A DNA stretch of 64,000 nucleotides, from contig JANJGN010000121.1 in the NCBI GenBank assembly GCA_026770705.1, positions 186,001-250,000 of the forward strand, written 5' to 3'. Positions 13,201 through 26,202 of this stretch are shown one piece after another. The DNA is from Isurus oxyrinchus (Eukaryota). Position 1 is the stretch's first letter; each line of letters starts with the position of its first letter. The notes under the pieces were generated by a model. It worked only from the letters and a program-made list of their open reading frames with translations, did not search any database and was not told where the DNA came from. A program made the translations under genes and the position numbers.

Positions 13201-16200
13201 GGTGCTGCACTGTCAGAGGGTCAGTACTGAGGGAGTGCTGCACTGTCAGAGGGTCAGTACTGAGGGAGTGCTGCACTGGCAGAGGGTCAGTACTGAGGGA
13301 GTGCTGCACTGTCAGAGGGTCAATACTGAAGAGGTGCTGCACTGTCAAAGGGTCAGTACTGAAGAGGTGCTGCACTGTCAGAGGGTCAGTACTGAGGGAG
13401 TGCTGCACTGTCAGAGGGTCAGTACTGAGGGAGTGCTGCACTGGCAGAGGGTCAGTACTGAGGGAGTGCTGCACTGTCAGAGGGTCAGTACTGAAGCAAT
13501 GCTGCACTGTCAGAGGGTCAGTATTGAGGGAGTGCTGCACTGTCAGAGAGTCAGTACTGAGGGAGTGCCGCACTGTAAGAGGGTCAGTACTGAAGCAATG
13601 CTGCACTGTAAGAGGGTCAGTACTGAGGGAGTGCTGCACTGTCAGAGGGTCAGTACTGAGGGAGTGCTGCACTGTCAGAGGGTCAGTACTGAGGGAGTGC
13701 TGCACTGTCAGAGGGTCAGTACTGAGTGAGTGCTGCACTGTCAGAGGGTCTGTACTGAAGAGGTGCTGCACTGTCAGAGGGTCAGTACTGAGGGAGTGCT
13801 GCACTGTCAGAGGGTCAGTACTGAGGGAGTGCTGCACTGGCAGAGGGTCAGTACTGAGGGAGTGCTGCACTGTCAGAGGGTCAGTACTGAAGCAATGCTG
13901 CACTGTCAGAGGGTCAGTATTGAGGGAGTGCTGCACTGTCAGAGAGTCAGTACTGAGGGAGTGCCGCACTGTAAGAGGGTCAGTACTGAAGCAATGCTGC
14001 ACTGTCAGAGGTTCAGTACTGAAGAGGTGCTGCACTGTAAGAGGGTCAGTACTGAGGGAGTGCTGCACTGTGGGAGGGTCAGTACTGAGGGAGTGCTGCA
14101 CTGTCAGAGGGTCAGTACTGAGGGAGTGCTGCACTGTCAGAGGGTCAGTACTGAGGGAGTGCTGCACTGTCATAGGGTCAGTACTGAGCGAGTGCTGCAC
14201 TGTCATAGGGTCAGTACTGAGTGAGTGCTGCACTGTCAGAGGGTCAGTACTGAGAGAGTGCTGCACTGTCAGAGGGTCAATGCTGAGGGAGTGCTGCACT
14301 GTGGGAGAGTCAGTACTGAGGGAGTGCTGCACTGTCGGAGGGTCAGTACTGAAGAGGTGCTGCACTGTCAGAGGGTCAGTACTGAGGGAGTGCTGCACTG
14401 TCAGAGGGTCAGTACTGAGGGAGTGCTGCACTGTCAGAGGGTCAGTACTGAGGGAGTGCTGCACTGTCAGAGGGTCAGTACTGAGGGAGTGCTGCACTGT
14501 CAGAGGGTCAGTACTGAGGGAGTGCTGCACTGTCAGAGGGTCAGTACTGAGGGAGTGCTGCACTGTCAGAGGGTCAGTACTGAGGGAGTGCTGCACTGTC
14601 AGAGGGTCAGTACTGAAGAGGTCCTGCACTGTCAGAGGGTCAGTACTGAGGGAGTGCTGCACTGTCAGAGGGTCAGTACTGAGGGAGTGCTGCACTGTCA
14701 GAGGGTCAGTACTGAGGGAGTGCTGCACTGTCAGAGGGTCAGTACTGAGGGAGTGCTGCACTGTCAGAGGGTCAGTACTGAGGGAGTGCTGCACTGTCAG
14801 AGGGTCAGTACTGAGGGAGTGCTGCACTGTCAGAGGGTCAGTACTGAAGAGGTGCTGCACTGTCAGAGGGTCAGTACTGAGGGAGTGCTGCACTGTCAGA
14901 GGGTCAGTACTGAGGGAGTGCTGCACTGTCAGAGGGTCAGTACTGAGGGAGTGCTGCACTGTCAGAGGGTCAGTACTGAAGAGGTGCTGCACTGTCAGAG
15001 GGTCAGTACTGAGGGAGTGCTGCACTGTCAGAGGGTCAGTACTGAGGGAGTGCTGCACTGTCAGAGGGTCAGTACTGAGGGAGTGCTGCACTGTCAGAGG
15101 GTCAGTACTGAGGGAGTGCTGCACTGTCAGAGGGTCAGTACTGAGGGAGTGCTGCACTGTCAGAGGGTCAGTACTGAGGGAGTGCTGCACTGTCAGAGGG
15201 TCAGTACTGAGGGAGTGCTGCACTGTCAGAGGGTCAGTACTGAAGAGGTGCTGCACTGTCAGAGGGTCAGTACTGAGGGAGTGCTGCACTGTCAGAGGGT
15301 CAGTACTGAGGGAGTGCTGCACTGGCAGAGGGTCAGTACTGAGGGAGTGCTGCACTGTCAGAGGGTCAATACTGAAGAGGTGCTGCACTGTCAAAGGGTC
15401 AGTACTGAAGAGGTGCTGCACTGTCAGAGGGTCAGTACTGAGGGAGTGCTGCACTGTCAGAGGGTCAGTACTGAGGGAGTGCTGCACTGGCAGAGGGTCA
15501 GTACTGAGGGAGTGCTGCACTGTCAGAGGGTCAGTACTGAAGCAATGCTGCACTGTCAGAGGGTCAGTATTGAGGGAGTGCTGCACTGTCAGAGAGTCAG
15601 TACTGAGGGAGTGCCGCACTGTAAGAGGGTCAGTACTGAAGCAATGCTGCACTGTAAGAGGGTCAGTACTGAGGGAGTGCTGCACTGTCAGAGGGTCAGT
15701 ACTGAGGGAGTGCTGCACTGTCAGAGGGTCAGTACTGAGGGAGTGCTGCACTGTCAGAGGGTCAGTACTGAGTGAGTGCTGCACTGTCAGAGGGTCTGTA
15801 CTGAAGAGGTGCTGCACTGTCAGAGGGTCAGTACTGAGGGAGTGCTGCACTGTCAGAGGGTCAGTACTGAGGGAGTGCTGCACTGGCAGAGGGTCAGTAC
15901 TGAGGGAGTGCTGCACTGTCAGAGGGTCAGTACTGAAGCAATGCTGCACTGTCAGAGGGTCAGTATTGAGGGAGTGCTGCACTGTCAGAGAGTCAGTACT
16001 GAGGGAGTGCCGCACTGTAAGAGGGTCAGTACTGAAGCAATGCTGCACTGTCAGAGGTTCAGTACTGAAGAGGTGCTGCACTGTAAGAGGGTCAGTACTG
16101 AGGGAGTGCTGCACTGTGGGAGGGTCAGTACTGAGGGAGTGCTGCACTGTCAGAGGGTCAGTACTGAGGGAGTGCTGCACTGTCAGAGGGTCAGTACTGA

Positions 16201-19117
16201 GGGAGTGCTGCACTGTCATAGGGTCAGTACTGAGCGAGTGCTGCACTGTCATAGGGTCAGTACTGAGTGAGTGCTGCACTGTCAGAGGGTCAGTACTGAG
16301 AGAGTGCTGCACTGTCAGAGGGTCAATGCTGAGGGAGTGCTGCACTGTGGGAGAGTCAGTACTGAGGGAGTGCTGCACTGTCGGAGGGTCAGTACTGAAG
16401 AGGTGCTGCACTGTCAGAGGGTCAGTACTGAGGGAGTGCTGCACTGTCAGAGGGTCAGTACTGAGGGAGTGCTGCACTGTCAGAGGGTCAGTACTGAGGG
16501 AGTGCTGCACTGTCAGAGGGTCAGTACTGAGGGAGTGCTGCACTGTCAGAGGGTCAGTACTGAGGGAGTGCTGCACTGTCAGAGGGTCAGTACTGAGGGA
16601 GTGCTGCACTGTCAGAGGGTCAGTACTGAGGGAGTGCTGCACTGTCAGAGGGTCAGTACTGAAGAGGTCCTGCACTGTCAGAGGGTCAGTACTGAGGGAG
16701 TGCTGCACTGTCAGAGGGTCAGTACTGAGGGAGTGCTGCACTGTCAGAGGGTCAGTACTGAGGGAGTGCTGCACTGTCAGAGGGTCAGTACTGAGGGAGT
16801 GCTGCACTGTCAGAGGGTCAGTACTGAGGGAGTGCTGCACTGTCAGAGGGTCAGTACTGAGGGAGTGCTGCACTGTCAGAGGGTCAGTACTGAGGGAGTG
16901 CTGCACTGTCAGAGGGTCAGTACTGAAGAGGTGCTGCACTGTCAGAGGGTCAGTACTGAGGGAGTGCTGCACTGTCAGAGGGTCAGTACTGAGGGAGTGC
17001 TGCACTGGCAGAGGGTCAGTACTGAGGGAGTGCTGCACTGTCAGAGGGTCAATACTGAAGAGGTGCTGCACTGTCAAAGGGTCAGTACTGAAGAGGTGCT
17101 GCACTGTCAGAGGGTCAGTACTGAGGGAGTGCTGCACTGTCAGAGGGTCAGTACTGAGGGAGTGCTGCACTGGCAGAGGGTCAGTACTGAGGGAGTGCTG
17201 CACTGTCAGAGGGTCAGTACTGAAGCAATGCTGCACTGTCAGAGGGTCAGTATTGAGGGAGTGCTGCACTGTCAGAGAGTCAGTACTGAGGGAGTGCCGC
17301 ACTGTAAGAGGGTCAGTACTGAAGCAATGCTGCACTGTAAGAGGGTCAGTACTGAGGGAGTGCTGCACTGTCAGAGGGTCAGTACTGAGGGAGTGCTGCA
17401 CTGTCAGAGGGTCAGTACTGAGGGAGTGCTGCACTGTCAGAGGGTCAGTACTGAGTGAGTGCTGCACTGTCAGAGGGTCTGTACTGAAGAGGTGCTGCAC
17501 TGTCAGAGGGTCAGTACTGAGGGAGTGCTGCACTGTCAGAGGGTCAGTACTGAGGGAGTGCTGCACTGGCAGAGGGTCAGTACTGAGGGAGTGCTGCACT
17601 GTCAGAGGGTCAGTACTGAAGCAATGCTGCACTGTCAGAGGGTCAGTATTGAGGGAGTGCTGCACTGTCAGAGAGTCAGTACTGAGGGAGTGCCGCACTG
17701 TAAGAGGGTCAGTACTGAAGCAATGCTGCACTGTCAGAGGTTCAGTACTGAAGAGGTGCTGCACTGTAAGAGGGTCAGTACTGAGGGAGTGCTGCACTGT
17801 GGGAGGGTCAGTACTGAGGGAGTGCTGCACTGTCAGAGGGTCAGTACTGAGGGAGTGCTGCACTGTCAGAGGGTCAGTACTGAGGGAGTGCTGCACTGTC
17901 AGAGGGTCAGTACTGAGGGAGTGCTGCACTGTCATAGGGTCAGTACTGAGCGAGTGCTGCACTGTCATAGGGTCAGTACTGAGTGAGTGCTGCACTGTCA
18001 GAGGGTCAGTACTGAGAGAGTGCTGCACTGTCAGAGGGTCAATGCTGAGGGAGTGCTGCACTGTGGGAGAGTCAGTACTGAGGGAGTGCTGCACTGTCGG
18101 AGGGTCAGTACTGAGGCAGAGCTGCACTGTCAGAGGGTCAGTACTGAGGGAGTGCTGCACTGTCAGAGGGTCAGTACTGAAGCAATGCTGCACTGTCAGA
18201 GGGTCAGTACTGAGGGAGTGCTGCACTGTCAGAGGGTCAGTACTGAGGGAGTGCTGCACTGTAAGAGGGTCAGTACTGAAGCAATGCTGCACTGTCAGAG
18301 GGTCAGTACTGAGGGAGTGATGCACTGTAAGAGGGTCAGTACTGAAGCAATGCTGCACTGTCAGAGGGTCAGTACTGAGGGAGTGCTGCACCGTCAGAGG
18401 GTCAGTACTGAGGGAGTGCTGCACTGTCAGAGGGTCAGTACTGAGGGAGTGCTGCACTGTCAGAGGGTCAGTACTGAGGCAATGCTGCACTGTCAGAGGG
18501 TCAGTATTGAGGGAGTGATGCACTGTCATAGGGTCAGTACTGAGGGAGTGCTGAACGGTCATAGGGTCAGTACTGAGTGAGTGCTGCACTGTCAGAGGGT
18601 CAGTACTGAGAGAGTGCTGCACTGTCAGAGGGTCAATGCTGAGGGAGTGCTGCACTGTGGGAGGGTCAGTACTGAGGGAGTGCTGCACTGTCGGAGGGTC
18701 AGTACTGAGGCAGAGCTGCACTGTCAGAGGGTCAGTACTGAGGGAGTGCTGCACTGTGGGAGAGTCAGTACTGAGGGAGTGCTGCACTGTCGGAGGGTCA
18801 GTACTGAGGCAGAGCGGCACTGTCAGAGAGTCAGTACTGAGTGAGTGCTGTACTAATGGTGGGTCAGTACTGAGGGAGTGCTGCACTGCCAGAAGTTCAG
18901 TACTGAGGGAACGCTGCATTATCGGTGGGTCAGTGCTGAGGGAGTGCTGCACTGTCAGAGGGTCAGTACTGAGGAAGTGTTGCACTGTCAGAGGGTCAGT
19001 ACTGAGGGAGTGCTAAACTGTCAGAGGGTCAGTACTGAGGGAGTGCTGAACTGTCAGATGGTCAGTACTGGGGTAGTGCTGCACTGTCGGAGGGTCAGTA
19101 CTGAGGGAGTGCTGCTC
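10220..19117 (+). repeat. Large 33-bp minisatellite, about 270 units, with higher-order repeats
   Basis: Homogeneous units; variant blocks recur at 11387, 13730, 15776 and 17459. Confidence 0.99.
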
Positions 19118-19121
19118 TGTG

Positions 19122-19345
19122 AATCATTGGAATCTGTCTTTATAAAGTCACAACATCAACAAAGGACGGTGTTGGTGGTGGAAGTGAATTCCAATCGTTC
19201 CGTTACTTACCCAGGACCTGTCCGACTGCTCGCCTGGGGAGGAACTGCCCACACGCTCTGCTTGGGCTGAATGACCTCTTCCTGTGCTGCTCCCTCTGTG
19301 TGTTTAATGAGAAAGGGTGGATGTGTCACTGTGAGACAAAGTGGG
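19122..19345 (-). pseudogene. Orphan third copy of the Siglec-like promoter/exon 1 (donor at 19210)
   Basis: Near identical to 8361-8585 and to the reverse complement of about 25580-25800; intron 1 is cut by the big array after about 90 bp. Confidence 0.85.
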
Positions 19346-19429
19346 AGGTGTTTGCTGTCAAAGTATGAAAGCAAACTGTTAAACCTTGGAGTGCCAAGGC
19401 TGTGTCCGAATGTGACTAAACTTTTTCCC

Positions 19430-20345
19430 ATGTAACAGGCTCGAGGGGCTGAATGGCCTGCTCTTGTTCCTGTGTAATGGGATTGAGGGGGCTGAATGGG
19501 CCCCTCATGTTCATGTGTAACAGGCTCAAGGGGTTGAACGGCCTCCTCCTTTTCTTTTCTTACAAGCTCGAGGGGCTGAATGGGCCTCCTCCTGTTCCTG
19601 TGTCATAGGCTCGATGGGCTGAATGGGCCTCCTCCTGTTCCTGTGTCACAGGCTCAATGGGCTGAATGGGCCTCCTCCTGTTCCTGTGTCACAGGCTCGA
19701 TGGGCTGAATGGGCCTCCTCCTGTTCCTGTGTCACAGGCTTGAGGGGGCTGAATGGGCCTCTTCCTGTTCCTGTGTAACAGGCTCAAGGGGGCTGAATGG
19801 GCCTCCTCCTGTTCCTGCGTAACAGGCTCGAGGGGGCTGAATGGGCCTCCTCCTGTTACTGTGTAACAGGCTCAAGGGGCTGAATGGGCCTCCTCCTGTT
19901 CCTGTGTAACAGGCTCGAGGGGGCTGAGTGGGCCTCCTCCTGTTCCTGTGTAACAGGCTCGAGGGGGCTGAGTGGGCCTCCTCCTGTTGCTGTGTAACCG
20001 GCTCAAGGGGCTGAATGGTCCTCCTCCTGTTCCTGTGTAACAGGCTCAAAGGGCTGAAAGGCCTCCTGCTGTTCCTGTGTAACAGGCTGGAGGGGGCTGA
20101 ATGGGCCTCCTCCTTTCTTCTGTGTAGCAGACTCGAGGCGGCTGAATGGGCCTCCTCCTGTTCCTGTGTAACAGGCTCGAGGGGGCTGAATGGCCCTCCT
20201 CCTGTTACTGTGTAACAGGCTCAAGGGGCTGAATGGGCCTCCTCCTGTTCCTGTGTAACAGGCTTGAGGGGCTGAATGGGCCTCCTCCTGTTCCTGTGTA
20301 ACAGGCTCGAGGAGCTGAATGGGCCTCCTCCTTTCTTCTGTGTAA
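19430..20345 (+). repeat. About 43-bp minisatellite resembling the CR1 LINE/SINE 3' tail
   Basis: Tandem tgtgtaacaggctcgaggggctgaatgggcctcctcctgttcc. Confidence 0.92.
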
Positions 20346-21423
20346 ATGGCCAGTCCAAAGGATGTGTTTGATGCTGGGGTTAATGGCCTCCAACACAATC
20401 CTATCCTCACATGATTAACTTAGTTAGTGACTGGTTACTGGTTAATGCAGGAGGATTATTTATTTTCCCAATCTTTTATCCATGTGTCTGGTTAGGATCT
20501 TTTCATCAAACACAGAGCGGAACCAGGATCGAGGATGTTGGTGTCTGAAATCTGTAACACATCGCACAGTCCGCCCATTCACTCAGCCTTCTGGATGGAG
20601 GCTAATTGTTCTTTCAAAAACTGAAAGACTGAAATGGTTGTAAGTTGTAGCTTTAGCTCATTCTGTTGTCAAAGCTGTTTCAGCCATCCAGGATACAGTG
20701 AAAAACGTACATTTGCAAGCAACTTTTCACATCATAGCTCCCTCTGTTCACAATGACATTGGCAACATCAATGTAAACATGTCACGCTGTAATAACATCC
20801 TCCCACCAGTGCTGGCACCGTAGCACACCTGTTTTCCTCTGTGTTGTCGGAAGTCTACCAATTCTCCAATCAAATTGTTTCCCTTTCCCAGGCTGCGATT
20901 AGTTTAATATTAAACAATAACTCATAAAATACACATGTTCTCTGAACATATGTTTGACTGCAAAATGGTGAATAAATTATAGGGATTTGCTCTGGTCCAA
21001 TTATCCACTGATCCTGCATTTCCTGAAGTCTACACTGGCTGGTGAATATTCTGTAAACACTGGCAGACAGGAAGGTGAATAACAGAATGAAAATTAACTC
21101 ATAATCACGGACACGGGATTGAATTTGTCCGTTCTGTCCTGGTACATCATCGAACGATATCTAAAGACATTTACAATCAGAATGGAGAGAAGGATGTTTC
21201 CAACAGTGAGGGACAATTCTGAAGGAGGATGTTCGAATTGAAACCCACAGACAATCATCCTGGATAGATCATTCCGAAGAAATTCCATCAGATTGTAACA
21301 AGAGGTTTAAATCTATTTCCTGGGAGTGAGTTCCTGTGGATATTAGGAAGGTAAATTGGAGTTTTGAATGATTCTCCCGTTCTGTATTCTCCCCACACTG
21401 TGTGTGTCTCATTCTTGCTCAGT

Positions 21424-21540
21424 TTATAAATTCCCATAAACAGAATCCTTGGCAAAATCACAGTTTGCGTAAAGATCATCATCTGTATCAGGATTGACTC
21501 CGCGGTTAGATTTCATTTCCAGATCCTTCTCATCTTTCTT
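21424..21540 (-). CDS. Orphan terminal cytoplasmic exon of an immunoreceptor (two tyrosine motifs)
   Basis: Acceptor tttctattacag; phase-0 frame KKDEKDLEMKSNRGVNPDTDDDLYANCDFAKDSVYGNL*. Confidence 0.7.
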   Translation of the reverse strand, partial: KKDEKDLEMKSNRGVNPDTDDDLYANCDFAKDSVYGNL

Positions 21541-21649
21541 CTGTAATAGAAACAGAAATGATCAGAGTGACAATCAGAGTGATCAGTGTTTAGTATTATT
21601 GATCCAAATCGAAAATTCCACCCACAATAGAGACATTAATTATTGATAC

Positions 21650-24600
21650 TGTTGGATGCTGCTCACGAGTTTGTTGGGACTTATGGATCCAGGCTTGTTT
21701 TGGAGAGGCTGAGTAGGTACAACAGACAGAGTAGATCAGCAGACAGTTCTTAGATGAAACACATTCTGCTTATTTACAAAGGAACTCAGCAGCTACACTT
21801 GTGTGCTTTCAACTCAAGCCCTGTCTCTGCATTACAGGCTCTAACCAAAGGTGACCGACTACTGAGGTACCTGCGCCACTCGGCTGTTGGACACTGATAT
21901 AAGAGTTAAACAGGGACTTCTATTAGTGAAAACCAAAGGTCAGCAGAATTCTCCAGGTGAACCTTGTGCACCATGGGGCTGACATCAGCAGAACTCTCCA
22001 GAAAGGCCTTGAAGTTCACGAGGGATTAACTCGAGAAGAGACATAAAGAGATTCTGAGGGTAAACAGATAAGGTAAAGGCAAACAGCACCAGGCTAGAAC
22101 GAGATAAACAATTCTTGCTTGGGTAAGGAGCAGATATGTACCTGGGACTGGGAACATCTGCTTATTATGTGATTATGTACTGACAAGATTTGAATTTAAA
22201 TAACCCAATGTGTACGTGACTAACTCTGTGAACAAAAAAGATGGTTTCCCTGTAATGGGTAGAGTTCTGTTTTTAGCCAGGCCTGAGGTTGATTCTGAGA
22301 ACACACCACAACACTGAGCTCATGTTATCTTCCATTGTAACCTTCTTCTTAAAGGTACATCACACATCAGATTACCACCACCCTCCCCCTTTACTCAGAA
22401 ATACATTTCACACTTACTTTTACCATTTTCTCAAAGTATCAGATGATTTACACAGATCAGTAATTTACAAATTCAGTCTTTCTGGGGGGTTTCCTTATGC
22501 GTCTGGAACGTCTCAGATCCACAGCTTCAGATGCTTTGTCAGGAGTCTCCTTTTCTGATGTTGTCCCAACACCAGCTTCTTCGGTGGACACCTGCAAACC
22601 TGTTTCCTCAACTCTTGCAGGTACAACGGACCCTTCAGACACATCTGTTCTCAGCTGAGTTCTTTCAACAGGAGACATAGACGCAGCCGTGAAGACTGGT
22701 GGGGTTGTTTCTTGGTACTTTGTTTCTCTCCTCCTTATATGACCCACATGTCTCCATATGACTCGGTCTTCCACTTTCACATGGTGAGAAAGAGTTCCAA
22801 TCGCTGCATTTATTTCACCCGGTGACCACTTTGGCCCCTCTCTAAAATCGTTCACATATACCGTCTCTCCTACGGTCAGCTTCCTGTCATGGCTATGCCA
22901 GTCATGTCCAGTTTCCTGTCTTCCTGGCCTCCTTTCCACCTTCCCGCTGACATTTAGCATGACTGATGTTGCAAATGTGACGTGAGAAAAAACTTTTTCA
23001 CACAACTAAGTTTTGGGCCTGGAATGCACGGCCTGGAAGTGTTGTGGAGGCAGGTTCAATCGAGGCATTCAGGAGGGCATTAGATGGTTATTTGGATAGA
23101 GAAAAGGTGCAGGGGCATGGGGAAAGGCAGGGCAATGACACTAGGTCATGATGCTCATTTGGAGAGCTGGGATAGACACGATGGGCTGAATGGCCTCCTG
23201 CTGTGCCATTAAGACTCTGTGATCCTGCAGAGGAGACTCTGAAAGGCAAACCGGTTTATTGATACAACCCTTTGTGTGTATTAATTGTGACAAACTTCTG
23301 GGAGGCCTTCTCGAACTCCAATTGTTGATAAGCATGGCTCATATCAGCTCCGTGTAGGCCGTTCCAGTCAATTCTTGTCATCTCCACAAACACTTTGGCC
23401 AGGCTCAGGTCCAGGGACTATTGGTGCTGCCCATTCTGAGGGCTGCACAGATTGTATCCCTCCCAGTTTCTAGAACCTGCCCAATTCAGCATCTGCCTTT
23501 TCCCACATTGCATAAGGTACTGGCCGTGCCTTCATAAATCAGAGGGGTAGAGTCTGGATCCACATGAATTTTTGCTTGCAGCCCCTGGATCTCCCCGAGT
23601 TCATCTTGGAAAACTGAGATGTATTTTTGTAGTAGCTCAGGTAGCCCACTGGCTCTCAGTTGGAAGATCTCAGACCAATCCAGCTTAATATCTTTCAGCC
23701 AGTTTCGTCCAAGGAGGCTTGGTCCCTCACCAGCTCCCATCATCAAGGGTCATTTTACTGATTGACTTCCATACTGTATAATAACCCTGCTTATGTCTTT
23801 GGCTTGAATGTCTTCTCACGTGTAAGTTTTCAGTTAGTCATCTGTTTCTTCCAAATTTAATTGACTTTCCCCATGATTCCAGTATTTGAAAGTATGCTCA
23901 CCAATTAGCGTAGTGTTAGCTCCTGTGTCCACCCCCATTCTGAGAGCTCTATCATTCACCCTCACTGTTACATAGATTGGCTCTGTTCTTCCTACCTTTA
24001 AATTATACAATGAATAACTATCTGAATCTGTTACTTCAGGCTCTTCTATGTTATGGATCTCACAGGGTTTTCTCTCTTGGTTGAAACTCTGCCTGATTCT
24101 ATCCTTGCAATCTCTCATGGGCTCTCTGTTTCGATGACAGTAAAAACAATTGATTTTTTTAAAGTTCCATTCACTACGATGTTGTCTGCTTCACCTCTGT
24201 TCCCATTATTCCATGTTTTCTCTGCTAAGTCATTCCTTTTTATTTGCTGCTAGTGGTGGAGGTTTCCCGCTTCTCATCAGAGCTGTACATTTTCCCGCAC
24301 TTCTTGGCTGAGGCTCCTCACCCAACATGAGGACGGTGACATTTTGCACTCTCCATATGTTTTTCGAGTCCCTCACTGCTCTTTCCATAGCCAGCACTAT
24401 TCCCAGAGCTTTCTGAATATCCAAATCTGTTTCAGACAGTAATCTCTTCTGAATCGAATCTTCATTTATACTGCACACCAGTTGATCTCTCAGCATATCA
24501 TTTATAGATTTACCAAACTCACAATGTCCTATTAACTCTTTCAGACTTTCCACATAACATGCAGCTGCATCCCCTGGGACTCTATTTCTTGAGTTAAATT

Positions 24601-25030
24601 TGGACCGTTGCATCGTTACCGAGGGCTGGGGCTGGGAAGGAATCTTCACAAGGTTCACTATATCATCTAAACTTTTTGAATCCATGGCACCGGGTGACAT
24701 TAAAGTTCGCATCAATCCCTAAGTCTTACTGCCACACGTGGATAAGAGGGTCGCTCGCCTCTTCTCCTCCCCATCAATGTCATTCACTTGGAAAAAGAAC
24801 GCGAGGAGTTCACCATAATGAGACCAATCGCCCACCGTTGGGTCGAAAGGATCAACTCTTCCAAACTGCAGCATTCTTCGAGGGGACTGCTTCGGTTATT
24901 AGGATGGAAATTATATTTATAATCACTGCGTGAGGCACAGCCCGATTTCAGTTCCCTTGCTCTCATTCCTTGATTTTTCTTCCTTGTTTTTCACCTCATC
25001 ACCAGTTTATTCAACCCTTGTCACTACTTT
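21650..25030 (-). mobile_element. Degenerate Ty3/Gypsy LTR retrotransposon
   Basis: gag (KFNSRNRVPG...CEFG...MLRDQLV), protease (VDTGA; GPSLLGRNWL), integrase C-terminus (VYVNDFREGPKW...LRRSRRIRKPP), PBS-like TGGTGATGAGG near 25000, polypurine tract 22381-22390; left boundary uncertain. Confidence 0.85.
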
Positions 25031-25031
25031 A

Positions 25032-25340
25032 GTTTGCACTCCCTCGGTACTGAGCCTGCGACAGTGCAGCATTCCCTGGGTACGGACCCTCCGACTGTGC
25101 AGTGGTCCCTTAGTCATGACCCCCTGATAGTGCAGCAGCCCCTAGGTACTGATGCTCGAAAAGTGTAGCGCTCCCTCAGCGTTGACCATCTGACAGTGCA
25201 GCACTCCTTCAGCACTGGCACACCCAGAGTGCAACACTCGCAGTACAGACCCTCCGACAGTGCAGCACTAAGTCAGTGCTGACCGTCCAACAGTGCAACA
25301 CTCCCTCAGTACTGACTCTCCGACTGTGCAGGACTCTCAG
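25032..25340 (-). repeat. 33-bp minisatellite array (reverse orientation)
   Basis: Degenerate cagtgcagcactccctcagtactgaccctccga units. Confidence 0.88.
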
Positions 25341-25572
25341 TCCTGACACCGAGTGCCGGTCTGGTTTGCCAGCCTGAATTTTGCCAAATGAATTTCGAAC
25401 TGACGACCTTCTCACTCAGAGAGAGAGAGGGTTCGAAATCCAGTGTCCCACAGGAGAATTCCTGGTCAATGACTTTCCGCTTTTGAGCAGAAATATCATC
25501 ACAAGTCCAGAACGCAAAGGGTTAACAGCTTCAAAAAACTCAAAACACGAGCTGTTCTGTCACTTTGATGCA

Positions 25573-25580
25573 ACTTCCTC
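25573..25580 (-). promoter_or_regulatory. PU.1/ETS-type site (GAGGAAGT) in gene B proximal promoter
   Basis: acttcctc about 40 bp upstream of an AT-rich ttaaata element and exon 1; motif match only. Confidence 0.4.
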
Positions 25581-26162
25581 ATTTTGTCTCACAGTGACAC
25601 ATCAACCCTTTCTCATTAAATACACAGAGGGAGCAGCACAGGAAGAGGTCATTCAGCCCAAGCAGAGCGTGTGGGCAGTTCCTCCCCAGGCGAGCAGTCG
25701 GACAGGTCCTGGGTAAGTAACGGAACGATTGGAATTCACTTCCACCACCAACACCGTCCTTTGTTGATGTTGTGACTTTATAAAGACAGATTCCAATGAT
25801 TGATGCCTTTGAAAGATTTCTACTGATTATTGAGATCTGGGTGTGAGGCTCAAGTCTGTTGTACAGAACATCTTTCTAGCTCAAGGGATGATGGAAGAGC
25901 AGGGACATGAGCTTTGGGACATCCTGAGGTGGTGAAAGGCGATATAGAAATGCAAGTCCTTCATTGATTTATTTTTTTAAAGCTTTTTAACTCTCTGCAG
26001 AGCACCTGTCATCCCACAGAGAACCAAATTAGTCTCAGAGGACATTGTCTAAAAGCAGTTCTGATCTCTCGAGAGCTGTCGGACAAGAGGTGAGGTCTCA
26101 TTAACTCCTTTCTCTTTCAGAGTTTGAGAGTCAGAAGCTAAAGGAATATCTGGGAGTGGACA

Positions 26163-26202
26163 ATAATTGGGAAATATTACTGCCTCCTGTCACTTCTCCA
26201 AG
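26163..26202 (+). pseudogene. Gene B signal-peptide exon, start codon lost
   Basis: ATA ATT GGG AAA TAT TAC TGC CTC CTG TCA CTT CTC CAA G|gt versus gene A ATG ATC GGG AAA... Confidence 0.85.

Noticed and set aside
10211-18985. 2924-aa and 2379-aa repeat ORFs (STDPLTVQHSL / RECCTVRGSVL / HCQRVSTEGVL)
   Set aside because: The 33-bp unit is a multiple of 3 and stop-free in several frames on both strands; the same peptides appear at every intronic array, so they are not evidence of a protein
10220-19117. CRISPR array
   Set aside because: Head-to-tail units with no unique spacers, no cas genes, eukaryotic context
10220-19117. V(D)J recombination signals (CACTGTC/CACTGTG heptamer-like sequence in the units)
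   Set aside because: No nonamer seen at 12/23 spacing; the V exons end in ordinary splice donors and carry Siglec rather than Ig/TCR motifs
19732-20410. ORFs such as EPVTQEQEEAHSAP
   Set aside because: Translations of the 43-bp tandem repeat
21094-21482. Two 64-aa minus ORFs
   Set aside because: Off-frame and 3'UTR readings of the orphan tail exon; no recognisable motif
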